Assembly: GCF_009914755.1 (NCBI RefSeq) | Contig: NC_060948.1 | Origin: the human T2T-CHM13v2.0 reference genome, Homo sapiens | Strand: one strand, 5' to 3' | DNA: 64,000 nucleotides | Shown: positions 20,149-39,781 of the stretch, piece after piece | Position numbering within the stretch: the stretch's first letter is position 1 | How the letters are laid out: each line of letters starts with the position of its first letter | Position numbers and translations under genes: made by a program | The notes under the pieces: generated by a model | Databases searched by the model: none | The model's input: the letters and a program-made list of their open reading frames with translations, nothing else | Told to the model about the DNA's origin: nothing

Positions 20149-22181
20149 AGATCCATATTTTGTAAATGAAAAAAAATTTCAAAGGTACTCTGCTTGGTAC
20201 AATAATCAAATGTATAAACTGAGGAATAAAACATAACCATGAAACCTACTTATAACTGCATATGGAAAATACAGAGGATAATTTTTTAAATAACATATTT
20301 TGAAAGCCTTAACTAGTAATTTGAAGAGTTGGCATTTGAAAGGCCAGTATGAATATACCTTCAAAGCAGCAACACAGGTTCCCCATGAGAAAAAGCAAAC
20401 TCAGGGAAAATAAAACCACAAAGGTTCAATCTCTTCTGACCTTTGAAAGACACAGCACAGACAGTGGTCCTTAGGACGAAGAGCAGGAGACCCCTAATTC
20501 CGTCACCATGGCGATAGGGCATAAACATTGCTGGGTGAGGGCACAATCCACATTGTGAGGTCCAACTGCTGCCAGAAAGACAGGAGTGCTTTTACATAGA
20601 CCGAAAGGTCATTGAAGGCTCAGAGTTTTGTTTCAAGAACTGAATCCCAAGCCCACACGTTATTAGGCTGCGCTTCTTAAAACAAGTTCTGAGATGGGAA
20701 AAAGGGCACCCACAAACATACGTATACATTATGTATATAATAATATACAGTATCATATATATAATATATATAACCTATGTATAATATTGTTTTACATCCT
20801 GCATCTTATGTTATATATATTGTATAAAATATAATAATTGATAATATATAAGTTTTATATTTATAAAATATGACATATAGTATATATTATAATTTATGAC
20901 ATATATAATATATGTTATATATCATATATAGAATATATTATACGGATAATATACGTATTAAATATAAATTATACATTATATATATTATATATAATATATC
21001 TGTTATATATAATACCCATTATGCATAATATATATATAATGTCTATGTTATATATAGTATAAAACAACATATAATAATATATAATTGTATATATAAAATG
21101 CGACATATAATATATATTATATTTTATGACATATGTAATATATATTATATATTATATATAATACGTTGTATGTATAATACCTATATTAAATATATGTTAT
21201 ATGACTATATTATTAATTACATGTCACATATGTTATATATTATATATTTTACATAGAATATACAGGTTACATACAATATATACTATGTTACCTATAATGT
21301 ATAATTTATTACATGTAAAATAAAGAATGTAATATATTATGTATAATTTATAATATACAATATGTGGAATGTGATATATATAACATATAATATATGATAT
21401 ATGATATACAGTATATGATATATAACATACAATATATGATACCTAATATATATGTTATACAATATATATTTTATGATATGTATTCTATATGTTTTATATT
21501 CTGTTTTATATATCTATTTGAAATTATATATAACTGTATAATATTTTATGTAAATATGTAATATAATATATATAACTATATAATATATAATATATAACTA
21601 TATATTATGTTATATATACTTTTATAACATAATTTACATAAAATATCGTAATATAATATATATTATATTATTTCATATTACATAATATATATTACATATC
21701 ACCCAATATAAGTAACATACATAATATTATACTATAGATTATATTATGTTATATTAAATATCATATATATCATGTATCATATATTCTATAATAGATATTA
21801 TACATTATATAATATGTATGTTGTCTATTATGTGATATATATAACTATATATATAATTATATTATTATACATATAACTAGATAAACATGTAATTCTACAT
21901 ATTTTCATTTATAATATGTAGAATTATATAATCATATATAATTATTTATATTCTATAAAAAATTTTATCATTATATAAATTATAATATATAAAAATTATA
22001 ATATGTACTACAAATATATATATTATATATCATATATGATATAGTACCTTTGTTATATATCATAATACATATAAATGTGTATTATGTTATCTATAATTAT
22101 ATAATTTCATATATAAGATGTATAATATGTGTCATATAATATATATGTTATGTAATATATATAGTATATATAAGATGACAC

Positions 22182-22193
22182 AGGATAAATATT
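22182..22193 (+). repeat. Left target-site duplication AGGATAAATATT of the AluY insertion
   Basis: Identical 12-mer at 22462-22473; present once at this site in uninserted units (GATGACAC-AGGATAAATATT-ATATACT). Confidence 0.93.
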
Positions 22194-22509
<316 letters not shown>

Positions 22510-22556
22510 TTACATATAAGGCATAGCACATAACATGTAATATATATCATATATAA

Positions 22557-22847
<291 letters not shown>

Positions 22848-24972
22848 AGATCCACATTTTTTAAATGAAAAAAAATTTCAAAGGTACTCTGCTTGGTACA
22901 ATAATCAAATGTATAAACTGAGGAATAAAACATAACCATGAAACCTACTTATAACTGCATATGGAAAATACAGAGGATAATTTTTTAAATAACATATTTT
23001 GAAAGCCTTAACTAGTAATTTGAAGAGTTGGCATTTGAAAGGCCAGTATGAATATACCTTCAAAGCAGCAACACAGGTTCCCCATGAGGAAAAGCAAACT
23101 CAGGGAAAATAAAACCACAAAGGTTCAATCTCTTCTGACCTTTGAAAGACACAGCACAGACAGTGGTCCTTAGGACGAAGAGCAGGAGACCCCTAATTCC
23201 GTCACCATGGCGATAGGGCATAAACATTGCTGGGTGAGGACACAATCCACATTGTGAGGTCCAACTGCTGCCAGGAAGACAGGTGTGCTTTTACATAGAC
23301 CGAAAGGTCATTGAAGGCTCAGAGTTTTGTTTCAAGAACTGAATCCCAAGCCCTCACGTTATTAGGCTGCGCTTCTTAAAACATGTTATGAGATGGGAAA
23401 AAGGGCACCCACAAACATACGTATACATTATGTATATAATAATATACAGTATCATATATATAATATATATAACCTATGTATAATATTGTTTTACATCCTG
23501 CATCTTATGTTATACATATTGTATGAAATATAATAATTGATAATATATAAGTTTATATTTATAAAATATGACATATAGTATATAATATAATTTATGACAT
23601 ATATAATATATGTTATATATCATATGAAGAATATATTATACGGTTAATATACGTATTAAATATAAATTATACATTATATATATTATATATAATATATCTA
23701 TTATATATAATACCCATTATGCATAATATATATATTATGTCTATGTTATATATAGTATAAAACAACACATAATAATATACAATTGTATATATAAAATGCG
23801 ACATATAATATATATTATATTTTATGACATGTAATATATATTATATATTATATATAATACGTTGTATGTATAATACCTATATTAAATATATATTATATGT
23901 CTATGTTATTAATTACATGTCACATATGTTATATATTATATATTTTACATGGAATATACCGGTAACATACAATATATACTATGTTACCTATAATGTATAA
24001 TTGATTACATGTGAAATAAAGAATTCAATATATTATGTATAATTTATAATATACAATATGTGGAATGTGATATATATAACATATAATATATGATATATGA
24101 TACACAGTATATGATATATAACATACAATATATGATACCTAATATATATTATATACAATATATATTTTATGATATGTATTCTATATGTTTTATATTCTGT
24201 TATATATAACTATTTGAAATTATATGTAACTGTATAATATTTTATGTAAATATGTAATATAATATATATAACTATATAATATATTATATATAACTATATA
24301 TTATGTTATGTATACTTTTATAACATAATTTACATAAAATATCATAATATAATATATATTATATTATTTCATATTACATAATATATATTACATATCACCC
24401 AATATAAGTAACATACATAATATTATAATATAGATTATATTATGTTATATTAAATATCATATATATCATGTATCATATATTCTATAATCTATATTATACA
24501 TTATATAATATGTATGTTGTCTATTATGTGATATATATAACTATATATATAATTATATTATTATACATATAACTAGATAAACATGTAATTCTACATATTT
24601 TCATTTATAATATATAGAATTATATAATCATATATAATTATTTATATTCTATAAAAAATTATATCATTATATAAATTATAATATATAAAAATTATAATAT
24701 GTAGTACAAATATATATATTATATATCTTATATGATATAGTACCTTTGTTTTATATCATAATACATAAAAATGTGTATTATATTACCTATAATTATATAA
24801 TTTCATATATAAGATGTATAATATGTATCATATATTATATATGTTATGTAATATATATAGTATATATAAGATGACACAGGATAAATATTATATACTATGA
24901 CATATAAAATATATGAGGTTATATGTTACATATAAGGCATAGCACATAACATGTAATATATATCATATATAA

Positions 24973-25263
24973 TTTTTTTTTGACAGAGTCTTGTCCTGTT
25001 GCACAGGGTGGGGTACAATGGCGCCATCTTTGCTCACTGCAACTTCTGCCTCACAGGTCCAAGCGATTGTCCTCCCTCAGCCTCCCAGGTAGCTGGGACT
25101 ACACCACACTGGGACTACACCAGCTGCCACCATGCCTAGCTAATTTTTTGGATTTTTAGTAGTGACAGCGTTTCACTGTATTGGCCAGGATGGTCTTGAT
25201 CTCTTCACCTTGTGATCCCCTTGCCTTGGCCTCCAAATTTGCTGGGATTACAGGCCTGAGCCA
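24973..25263 (-). mobile_element. Resident diverged Alu of unit 11
   Basis: Near-identical to 527-818. Confidence 0.92.
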
Positions 25264-27388
25264 AGATCCATATTTTTTAAATGAAAAAAAATTTCAAAGG
25301 TACTCTGCTTGGTACAATAATCAAATGTATAAACTGAGGAATAAAACATAACCATGAAACCTACTTATAACTGCATATGGAAAATACAGAGGATAATTTT
25401 TTAAATAACATATTTTGAAAGCCTTAACTAGTAATTTGAAGAGTTGGCATTTGAAAGGCCAGTATGAATATACCTTCAAAGCAGCAACACAGGTTCCCCA
25501 TGAGAAAAAGCAAACACAGGGAAAATAAAACCACAAAGGTTCAATCTCTTCTGACCTTTGAAAGACACAGCACAGACACTGGTCCTTAGGACGAAGAGCA
25601 GGAGACCCCTAATTCCGTCACCATGGCGATAGGGCATAAACATTGCTGGGTGAGGGCACAATCCACATTGTGAGGTCCAACTGCTGCCAGGAAGACAGGT
25701 GTGCTTTTACATAGACCGAAAGGTCATTGAAGGCTCAGAGTTTTGTTTCAAGAACTGAATCCCAAGCCCACACGTTATTAGGCTGCGCTTCTTAAAACAG
25801 GTTATGAGATGGGAAACAGGGCACCCACAAACATACGTATACATTATGTATATAATAATATACAGTATCATATATATAATATATATAACCTATGTATAAT
25901 ATTGTTTTACATCCTGCATCTTATGTTATATATATTGTATAAAATATAATAATTGATAATATATAAGTTTTATAATTATACAATATGACATATAGTATAT
26001 ATTATAATTTATGACATATATAATATATGTTATATATCATATATAGAATATATTATACGGTTAATATACGTATTAAATATAAATTATACATTATATATAT
26101 TATATATAATATATCTGTTATATATAATACCCATTATGCATAATATATATATTATGTCTATGTTATATATAGTATAAAACAACATATAATAATATATAAT
26201 TGTATATAGAAAACGCGACATATAATATATATTATATTTTCTGACATATGTAATATATATTATATATTATATAAAATACGTTGTATGTATACCTATATTA
26301 AATATATATTATATGACTATGTTATTAATTACATGTCACATATGTTATATATTATATATTTTACATAGAATATACCGGTTACATACAATATATACTATGT
26401 TACCTACAATGTATAATTGATTACATGTAAAATAAAGAATGCAATATATTATATATAATTTATAATATACAATATGTGGAATGTGATATATATAACATAT
26501 AATGTATGATATATGATATACAGTATATGATATATAACATACAATATATGATTCCTAATATATATGGTATACAATATATATTTTATGATATGTATTCTAT
26601 ATGTTTTATATTCTGTTATATATAACTATTTGAAATTATATATAACTGTATAATATTTTATGTAAATATGTAATATAATATATATAACTATATAATATAT
26701 TATATATAACTATATATTATGTTATATATACTTTTATAACATAATTTACATAAAATATCATAATATAATATATATTATATTATTTCATATTACATAATAT
26801 ATATTACATATCACCCAATATAAGTAACATACATAATATTATAATATAGATTATATTATGTTATATTAAATATCATATATATCATGTATCATATATTCTA
26901 TAATCTATATTATACATTATATAATATGTATGTTGTCTATTATGTGATATATATAACTATATATATAATTATATTATTATACATATAACTAGATAAACAT
27001 GTAATTCTACATATTTTCATTTATAATATATAGAATTATATAAACATATATAATTATTTATATTCTATAAAAAATTATATCATTATATAAATTATAATAT
27101 ATAAAAATTATAATATGTAGTACAAATATATATATTATATATCTTATATGATATAGTACCTTTGTTATATATCATAATACATAAAAATGTGTATTATATT
27201 ACCTATAATTATATAATTTCATATATAAGATGTATAATATGTATCATATATTATATATGTTATGTAATATATATAGTATATATAAGATGACACAGGATAA
27301 ATATTATATACTATGACATATAAAATATATGAGGTTATATGTTACATATAAGGCATAGCACATAACATGTAATATATATCATATATAA

Positions 27389-27679
27389 TTTTTTTTTGAC
27401 AGAGTCTTGTCCTGTTGCACAGGGTGGGGTACAATGGCGCCATCTTTGCTCACTGCAACTTCTGCCTCACAGGTCCAAGCGATTGTCCTCCCTCAGCCTC
27501 CCAGGTAGCTGGGACTACACCACACTGGGACTACACCAGCTGCCACCATGCCTAGCTAATTTTTTGGATTTTTAGTAGTGACAGCGTTTCACTGTATTGG
27601 CCAGGATGGTCTTGATCTCTTCACCTTGTGATCCCCTTGCCTTGGCCTCCAAATTTGCTGGGATTACAGGCCTGAGCCA
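27389..27679 (-). mobile_element. Resident diverged Alu of unit 12
   Basis: Near-identical to 527-818. Confidence 0.92.
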
Positions 27680-29805
27680 AGATCCATATTTTTTAAATGA
27701 AAAAAAATTTCAAAGGTACTCTGCTTGGTACAATAATCAAATGTATAAACTGAGGAATAAAACATAACCATGAAACCTACTTATAACTGCATATGGAAAA
27801 TACAGAGGATAATTTTTTAAATAACATATTTTGAAAGCCTTAACTAGTAATTTGAAGAGTTGGCATTTGAAAGGCCTGTATGAATATACCTTCAAAGCAG
27901 CAACACAGGTTCCCCATGAGAAAAAGCAAACACAGGGAAAATAAAACCACAAAGGTTCAATCTCTTCTGACCTTTGAAAGACACAGCACAGACACTGGTC
28001 CTTAGGACGAAGAGCAGGAGACCCCTAATTCCGTCACCATGGCGATAGGGCATAAACATTGCTGGGTGAGGGCACAATCCACATTGTGAGGTCCAACTGC
28101 TGCCAGGAAGACAGGAGTGCTTTTACATAGACCGAAAGGTCATTGAAGCCTCAGAGTTTTGTTTCAAGAACTGAATCCCAAGCCCACACGTTATTAGGCT
28201 GCGCTTCTTAAAACAGGTTATGAGATGGGAAACAGGGCACCCACAAACATACGTATACATTATGTATATAATAATATACAGTATCATATATATAATATAT
28301 ATAACCTATGTATAATATTGTTTTACATCCTGCATCTTATGTTATATATATTGTATAAAATATAATAATTGATAATATATAAGTTTTATAATTATACAAT
28401 ATGACATATAGTATATATTATAATTTATGACATATATAATATATGTTATATATCATATATAGAATATATTATACGGTTAATATACGTATTAAATATAAAT
28501 TATACATTATATATATTATATATAATATATCTTTTATATATAATACCCATTATGCATAATATATATATTATGTCTATGTTATATATAGTATAAAACAACA
28601 TATAATAATATATAATTGTGTATAGAAAACGCGACATATAATATATATTATATTTTATGACATATGTAATATATATTATATATTATATAAAATACGTTGT
28701 ATGTATAATACCTATATTAAATATATATTATATGACTATGTTATTAATTACATGTCACATATGTTATATATTATATATTTTACATAGAATATACCGGTTA
28801 CATACAATATATACTATGTTACCTATAATGTATAATTGATTACATGTAAAATAAAGAATGCAATATATTATATATAATTTATAATATACAATATGTGGAA
28901 TGTGATATATATAACATATAATATATGATATATGATATACAGTGTATGATATATAACATACAATATATGATACCTAATATATATGGTATACAATATATAT
29001 TTTATGATATGTATTCTCTATGTTTTACATTCTGTTATATATAACTATTTGAAATTATATATAACTGTATAATATTTTATGTAAATATGTAATATAATAT
29101 ATATAACTATATAATATATTATAAATAACTATATATTATGTTATATATACTTTTATAACATAATTTACATAAAATATCATAATATAATATATATTATATT
29201 ATTTCATATTACATAATATATATTACATATCACCCAATATAAGTAACATACATAATATTATAATATAGAATATATTATGTTATATTAAATATCATATATA
29301 TCATGTATCATATATGCTATAATATATATTAAACAATATATAATATGTATGTTGCCTATTATGTGATATATATAACTATATATATAATTATATTATTATA
29401 CATATAACTAGATAAACATGTAATTCTACATATTTAGATTTATAATATATATAATTATATAATCATATTTAATTATTTAAATTCTATAAAAAATTATATC
29501 ATTATATAAATCATAATATATAATAATTATAATATGTACTAGAAATATATATTATATATCATATATGATATAGTACCTTTGTTATATATCATAATACATA
29601 TAAATGTGTATTATGTTATCGATAATTATATAATTTCATATATAAGATATATAATATGTATTATATATTATATATGTTATGCAATATATATAGTATATAT
29701 AAGATGACACTGGATAAATATTATATACTATGACATATAAAATATATGAGTTTATATGTTACATATAAGGCATAGCACATAACATGTAATATATATCATA
29801 TATAA

Positions 29806-30097
<292 letters not shown>

Positions 30098-32204
30098 AGA
30101 TCCATATTTTTTAAATGAAAAAAAATTTCAAAGGTACTCTGCTTGGTACAATAATCAAATGTATAAACTGAGGAATAAAACATAACCATGAAACCTACTT
30201 ATAACTGCATATGGAAAATACAGAGGATAATTTTTTAAATAACATATTTTGAAAGCCTTAACTAGTAATTTGAAGAGTTGGCATTTGAAAGGCCAGTATG
30301 AATATACCTTCAAAGCAGCAACACAGGTTCCCCATGAGAAAAAGCAAACTCAGGGAAAATAAAACCACAAAGGTTCAATCTCTTCTGACCTTTGAAAGAC
30401 ACAGCACAGACAGTGGTCCTTAGGACGAAGAGCAGGAGACCCCTAATTCCGTCACCATGGCGATAGGGCATAAACACTGCTGGGTGAGGGCACAATCCAC
30501 ATTGTGAGGTCCAACTGCTGCCAGGAAGACAGGAGTGCTTTTACATAGACCGAAACGTCATTGAAGGCTCAGAGTTTTGTTTCAAGAACTGAATCCCAAG
30601 CCCACACGTTATTAGGCTGCGCTTCTTAAAACAAGTTATGAGATGGGAAAAAGGGCACCCACAAACATACGTATACATTATGTATATAATAATATACAGT
30701 ATCATATATATAATATATATAACCTATGTATAATATTGTTTTACATCCTACATCTTATGTTATATATATTGTATAAAATATAATAATTGATAATATATAA
30801 GTTTTATAATTATACAATATGACATATAGTATATATTATAATTTATGACATATATAATATATGTTATATATCATATATAGAATATATTATACGGTTAATA
30901 TACATATTAAATATAAATTATACATTATATATATTATATATAATATATCTGTTATATATAATACCCATTATGCATAATATATATATTATGTCTATATTAT
31001 ATATATAGTATAAAACCACATATAATAATATATAATTGTATATATAAAATGCGACATATAATATATATTATATTTTATAACATATGTAATATATATTATA
31101 TATTATATATAATACGTTGTATATATAATACCTATATTAAATATTTATTATATGACTATGTTATTAATTACATGTCACATGTGTTATATATTATATATTT
31201 TACATAGAATATACCGGTTACATACAATATATACTATGTTACCTATAATGTATAATTTCTTACATGTAAAATAAAGAATGCAATATATTATGTATAATTT
31301 ATAATATACAATATGTGGAATGTGATATATATAACATATAATATATGATATATGATATACAGTATATGATATATAACATACAATATATGATTCCTAATAT
31401 ATATGGTATACAATATATATTTTATGACATGTATTCTCTATGTTTTATATTCTGTTATATATAACTATTTGAAATTATATATAACTGTATAATATTTTAT
31501 ATAAATATGTAATATAATATATATAACTATATAATATATTATATATAACTATATATTATGTTATATATACTTTTATAACATAATTTGCATAAAATATCAT
31601 AATATAATATATATTATATTATTTCATATTACATAATATATATTACATATCACCCAATATAACTAACATACATAATATTATAATATAGATTATATTATGT
31701 TATATTAAATATCATATATATCATGTATCATATATTCTATAATATATATTACACATTATATAATATGTATGTTGTCTATTATGTGATATATATACCTCTA
31801 TATATAATTATATTATTATACATATAACTAGATAAACATGTAATTCTACATATTTTCATTTATAATATGAAGAATTATATAATCATATATAATTATTTAT
31901 ATTCTATAAAAAATTTTATCATTATATAAATTATAATATATAAAAATTATAATATGTACTACAAATATATATATTATATATCATATCTGATATAGTACCT
32001 TTGTTATATATCATAATACATATAAATGTGTATTATGTTATCTATAATTATATAATTTCATATATAAGATGTATAATATGTATCATATATTATATATGTT
32101 ATGTAATATATACAGTATATATAAGATGACACAGGATAAATATTATATACTATGACATATAAAATATATGAGGTTATATGTTACATATTAGGCATAGCAC
32201 ATAA

Positions 32205-32519
<315 letters not shown>

Positions 32520-34626
32520 AGATCCATATTTTTTAAATGAAAAAAAATTTCAAAGGTACTCTGCTTGGTACAATAATCAAATGTATAAACTGAGGAATAA
32601 AACATAACCATGAAACCTACTTATAACTGCATATGGAAAATACAGAGGATAATTTTTTAAATAACATATTTTGAAAGCCTTAACTAGTAATTTGAAGAGT
32701 TGGCATTTGAAAGGCCAGTATGAATATACCTTCAAAGCAGCAACACAGGTTCCCCATGAGAAAAAGCAAACTCAGGGAAAATAAAACCACAAAGGTTCAA
32801 TCTCTTCTGACCTTTGAAAGACACAGCACAGACAGTGGTCCTTAGGACGAAGAGCAGGAGACCCCTAATTCCGTCACCATGGCGATAGGGCATAAACACT
32901 GCTGGGTGAGGGCACAATCCACATTGTGAGGTCCAACTGCTGCCAGGAAGACAGGAGTGCTTTTACATAGACCGAAACGTCATTGAAGGCTCAGAGTTTT
33001 GTTTCAAGAACTGAATCCCAAGCCCACACGTTATTAGGCTGCGCTTCTTAAAACAAGTTATGAGATGGGAAAAAGGGCACCCACAAACATACGTATACAT
33101 TATGTATATAATAATATACAGTATCATATATATAATATATATAACCTATGTATAATATTGTTTTACATCCTGCATCTTATGTTATATATATTGTATAAAA
33201 TATAATAATTGATAATATATAAGTTTTATAATTATACAATATGACATATAGTATATATTATAATTTATGACATATATAATATATGTTATATATCATATAT
33301 AGAATATATTATACGGTTAATATACATATTAAATATAAATTATACATTATATATATTATATATAATATATCTGTTATATATAATACCCATTATGCATAAT
33401 ATATATATTATGTCTATATTATATATATAGTATAAAACCACATATAATAATATATAATTGTATATATAAAATGCGACATATAATATATATTATATTTTAT
33501 AACATATGTAATATATATTATATATTATATATAATACGTTGTATGTATAATACCTATATTAAATATTTATTATATGACTATGTTATTAATTACATGTCAC
33601 ATGTGTTATATATTATATATTTTACATAGAATATACCGGTTACATACAATATATACTATGTTACCTATAATGTATAATTTCTTACATGTAAAATAAAGAA
33701 TGCAATATATTATGTATAATTTATAATATACAATATGTGGAATGTGATATATATAACATATAATATATGATATATGATATACAGTATATGATATATAACA
33801 TACAATATATGATTCCTAATATATATGGTATACAATATATATTTTATGACATGTATTCTATATGTTTTATATTCTGTTATATATAACTATTTGAAATTAT
33901 ATATAACTGTATAATATTTTATGTAAATATGTAATATAATATATATAACTATATAATATATTATATATAACTATATATTATGTTATATATACTTTTATAA
34001 CATAATTTGCATAAAATATCATAATATAATATATATTATATTATTTCATATTACATAATATATATTACATATCACCCAATATAACTAACATACATAATAT
34101 TATAATATAGATTATATTATGTTATATTAAATATCATATATATCATGTATCATATATTCTATAATATATATTACACATTATATAATATGTATGTTGTCTA
34201 TTATGTGATATATATAACTCTATATATAATTATATTATTATACATATAACTAGATAAACATGTAATTCTACATATTTTCATTTATAATATGAAGAATTAT
34301 ATAATCATATATAATTATTTATATTCTATAAAAAATTTTATCATTATATAAATTATAATATATAAAAATTATAATATGTACTACAAATATATATATTATA
34401 TATCATATCTGATATAGTACCTTTGTTATATATCATAATACATATAAATGTGTATTATGTTATCTATAATTATATAATTTCATATATAAGATGTATAATA
34501 TGTATCATATATTATATATGTTATGTAATATATACAGTATATATAAGATGACACAGGATAAATATTATATACTATGACATATAAAATATATGAGGTTATA
34601 TGTTACATATTAGGCATAGCACATAA

Positions 34627-34941
<315 letters not shown>

Positions 34942-37046
34942 AGATCCATATTTTTTAAATGAAAAAAAATTTCAAAGGTACTCTGCTTGGTACAATAATC
35001 AAATGTATAAACTGAGGAATAAAACATAACCATGAAACCTACTTATAACTGCATATGGAAAATACAGAGGATAATTTTTTAAATAACATATTTTGAAAGC
35101 CTTAACTAGTAATTTGAAGAGTTGGCATTTGAAAGGCCAGTATGAATATACCTTCAAAGCAGCAACACAGGTTCCCCATGAGAAAAAGCAAACTCAGGGA
35201 AAATAAAACCACAAAGGTTCAATCTCTTCTGACCTTTGAAAGACACAGCACAGACAGTGGTCCTTAGGACGAAGAGCAGGAGACCCCTAATTCCGTCACC
35301 ATGGCGATAGGGCATAAACACTGCTGGGTGAGGGCACAATCCACATTGTGAGGTCCAACTGCTGCCAGGAAGACAGGAGTGCTTTTACATAGACCGAAAC
35401 GTCATTGAAGGCTCAGAGTTTTGTTTCAAGAACTGAATCCCAAGCCCACACGTTATTAGGCTGCGCTTCTTAAAACAAGTTATGAGATGGGAAAAAGGGC
35501 ACCCACAAACATACGTATACATTATGTATATAATAATATACAGTATCATATATATAATATATATAACCTATGTATAATATTGTTTTACATCCTACATCTT
35601 ATGTTATATATATTGTATAAAATATAATAATTGATAATATATAAGTTTTATAATTATACAATATGACATATAGTATATATTATAATTTATGACATATATA
35701 ATATATGTTATATATCATATATAGAATATATTATACGGTTAATATACATATTAAATATAAATTATACATTATATATATTATATATAATATATCTGTTATA
35801 TATAATACCCATTATGCATAATATATATATTATGTCTATATTATATATATAGTATAAAACCACATATAATAATATATAATTGTATATATAAAATGCGACA
35901 TATAATATATATTATATTTTATAACATATGTAATATATATTATATATTATATATAATACGTTGTATGTATAATACCTATATTAAATATTTATTATATGAC
36001 TATGTTATTAATTACATGTCACATGTGTTATATATTATATATTTTACATAGAATATACCGGTTACATACAATATATACTATGTTACCTATAATGTATAAT
36101 TTCTTACATGTAAAATAAAGAATGCAATATATTATGTATAATTTATAATATACAATATGTGGAATGTGATATATATAACATATAATATATGATATATGAT
36201 ATACAGTATATGATATATAACATACAATATATGATTCCTAATATATATGGTATACAATATATATTTTATGACATGTATTCTCTATGTTTTATATTCTGTT
36301 ATATATAACTATTTGAAATTATATATAACTGTATAATATTTTATATAAATATGTAATATAATATATAACTATATAATATATTATATATAACTATATATTA
36401 TGTTATATATACTTTTATAACATAATTTGCATAAAATATCATAATATAATATATATTATATTATTTCATATTACATAATATATATTACATATCACCCAAT
36501 ATAACTAACATACATAATATTATAATATAGATTATATTATGTTATATTAAATATCATATATATCATGTATCATATATTCTATAATATATATTACACATTA
36601 TATAATATGTATGTTGTCTATTATGTGATATATATAACTCTATATATAATTATATTATTATACATATAACTAGATAAACATGTAATTCTACATATTTTCA
36701 TTTATAATATGAAGAATTATATAATCATATATAATTATTTATATTCTATAAAAAATTTTATCATTATATAAATTATAATATATAAAAATTATAATATGTA
36801 CTACAAATATATATATTATATATCATATCTGATATAGTACCTTTGTTATATATCATAATACATATAAATGTGTATTATGTTATCTATAATTATATAATTT
36901 CATATATAAGATGTATAATATGTATCATATATTATATATGTTATGTAATATATACAGTATATATAAGATGACACAGGATAAATATTATATACTATGACAT
37001 ATAAAATATATGAGGTTATATGTTACATATTAGGCATAGCACATAA

Positions 37047-37361
<315 letters not shown>

Positions 37362-39466
37362 AGATCCATATTTTTTAAATGAAAAAAAATTTCAAAGGTA
37401 CTCTGCTTGGTACAATAATGAAATGTATAAACTGAGGAATAAAACATAACCATGAAACCTACTTATAACTGCATATGGAAAATACAGAGGATAATTTTTT
37501 AAATAACATATTTTGAAAGCCTTAACTAGTAATTTGAAGAGCTTGCATTTGAAAGGCCTGTATGAATATACCTTCAAAGCAGCAACACAGGTTCCCCATG
37601 AGAAAAAGCAAACACAGGGAAAATAAAAACACAAAGGTTCAATCTCTTCTGACCTTTGAAAGACACAGCACAGACAGTGGTCCTTAGGACGAAGAGCAGG
37701 AGACCCCTAATTCCGTCACCATGGCGATAGGGCATAAACATTGCTGGGTGAGGGCACAATCCACATTGTGAGGTCCAACTGCTGCCAGGAAGACAGGAGT
37801 GCTTTTACATAGACCGAAAGGTCATTGAAGGCTCAGAGTTTTGTTTCAAGAACTGAATCCCAAGCCCACACGTTATTAGGCTGTGCTTCTTAAAACAAGT
37901 TATGAGATGGGAAAAAGGGCACCCACAAACATACGTATACATTATGTATATAATAATATACAGTATCATATATATAATATATATAACCTATGTATAATAT
38001 TGTTTTACATCCTGCATCTTATGTTATATATATTGTATAAAATATAATAATTGATAATATATAAGTTTTATAATTATACAATATGACATATAGTATATAT
38101 TATAATTTATGACAAACATAATATATGTTATATATCATATATAGAATATATTATACGGTTAATATACGTATTAAATATAAATTATACATTATATATATTA
38201 TATATAATATATCTGTTATATATAATACCCATTATGCATAATATATATATTATGTCTATGTTATATATAGTATAAAACAACATATAATAATATATAATTG
38301 TATATATAAAATGCGACATATAATATATATTATATTTTATAACATATGTAATATATATTATATATTATATATAATACGTTGTATGTATAATACCTATATT
38401 AAATATTTATTATATGACTATGTTATTAATTACATGTCACATGTGTTATATATTATATATTTTACATAGAATATACCGGTTACATACAATATATACTATG
38501 TTACCTATAATGTATAATTTCTTACATGTAAAATAAAGAATGCAATATATTATGTATAATTTATAATATACAATATGTGGAATGTGATATATATAACATA
38601 TAATATATGATATATGATATACAGTATATGATATATAACATACAATATATGATTGCTAATATATATGGTATATAATATATATTTTATGACATGTATTCTA
38701 TATGTTTCATATTCTGTTATATATAACTATTTGAAATTATATATAACTGTATAATATTTTATGTAAATATGTAATATAATATATATAACTATATAATATA
38801 TTATATATAACTATATATTATGTTATATATACTTTTATAACATAATTTGCATAAAATATCATAATATAATATATATTATATTATTTCATATTACATAATA
38901 TATATTACATATCACCCAATATAACTAACATACATAATATTATAATATAGATTATATTATGTTATATTAAATATCATATATATCATGTATCATATATTCT
39001 ATAATATATATTACACATTATATAATATGTATGTTGTCTATTATGTGATATATATAACTCTATATATAATTATATTATTATACATATAACTAGATAAACA
39101 TGTAATTCTACATATTTTCATTTATAATATGAAGAATTATATAATCATATATAATTATTTATATTCTATAAAAAATTTTATCATTAAATAAATTATAATA
39201 TATAAAAATTATAATATGTAATACAAATATATATATTATATATCATATCTGATATAGTACCTTTGTTATATATCATAATACATATAAATGTGTATTATGT
39301 TATCTATAATTATATAATTTCATATATAAGATGTATAATATGTATCATATATTACATATGTTATGTAATATATACAGTATATATAAGATGACACAGGATA
39401 AATGTTATATACTATGACATATAAAATATATGAGGTTATATGTTACATATTAGGCATAGCACATAA

Positions 39467-39781
<315 letters not shown>

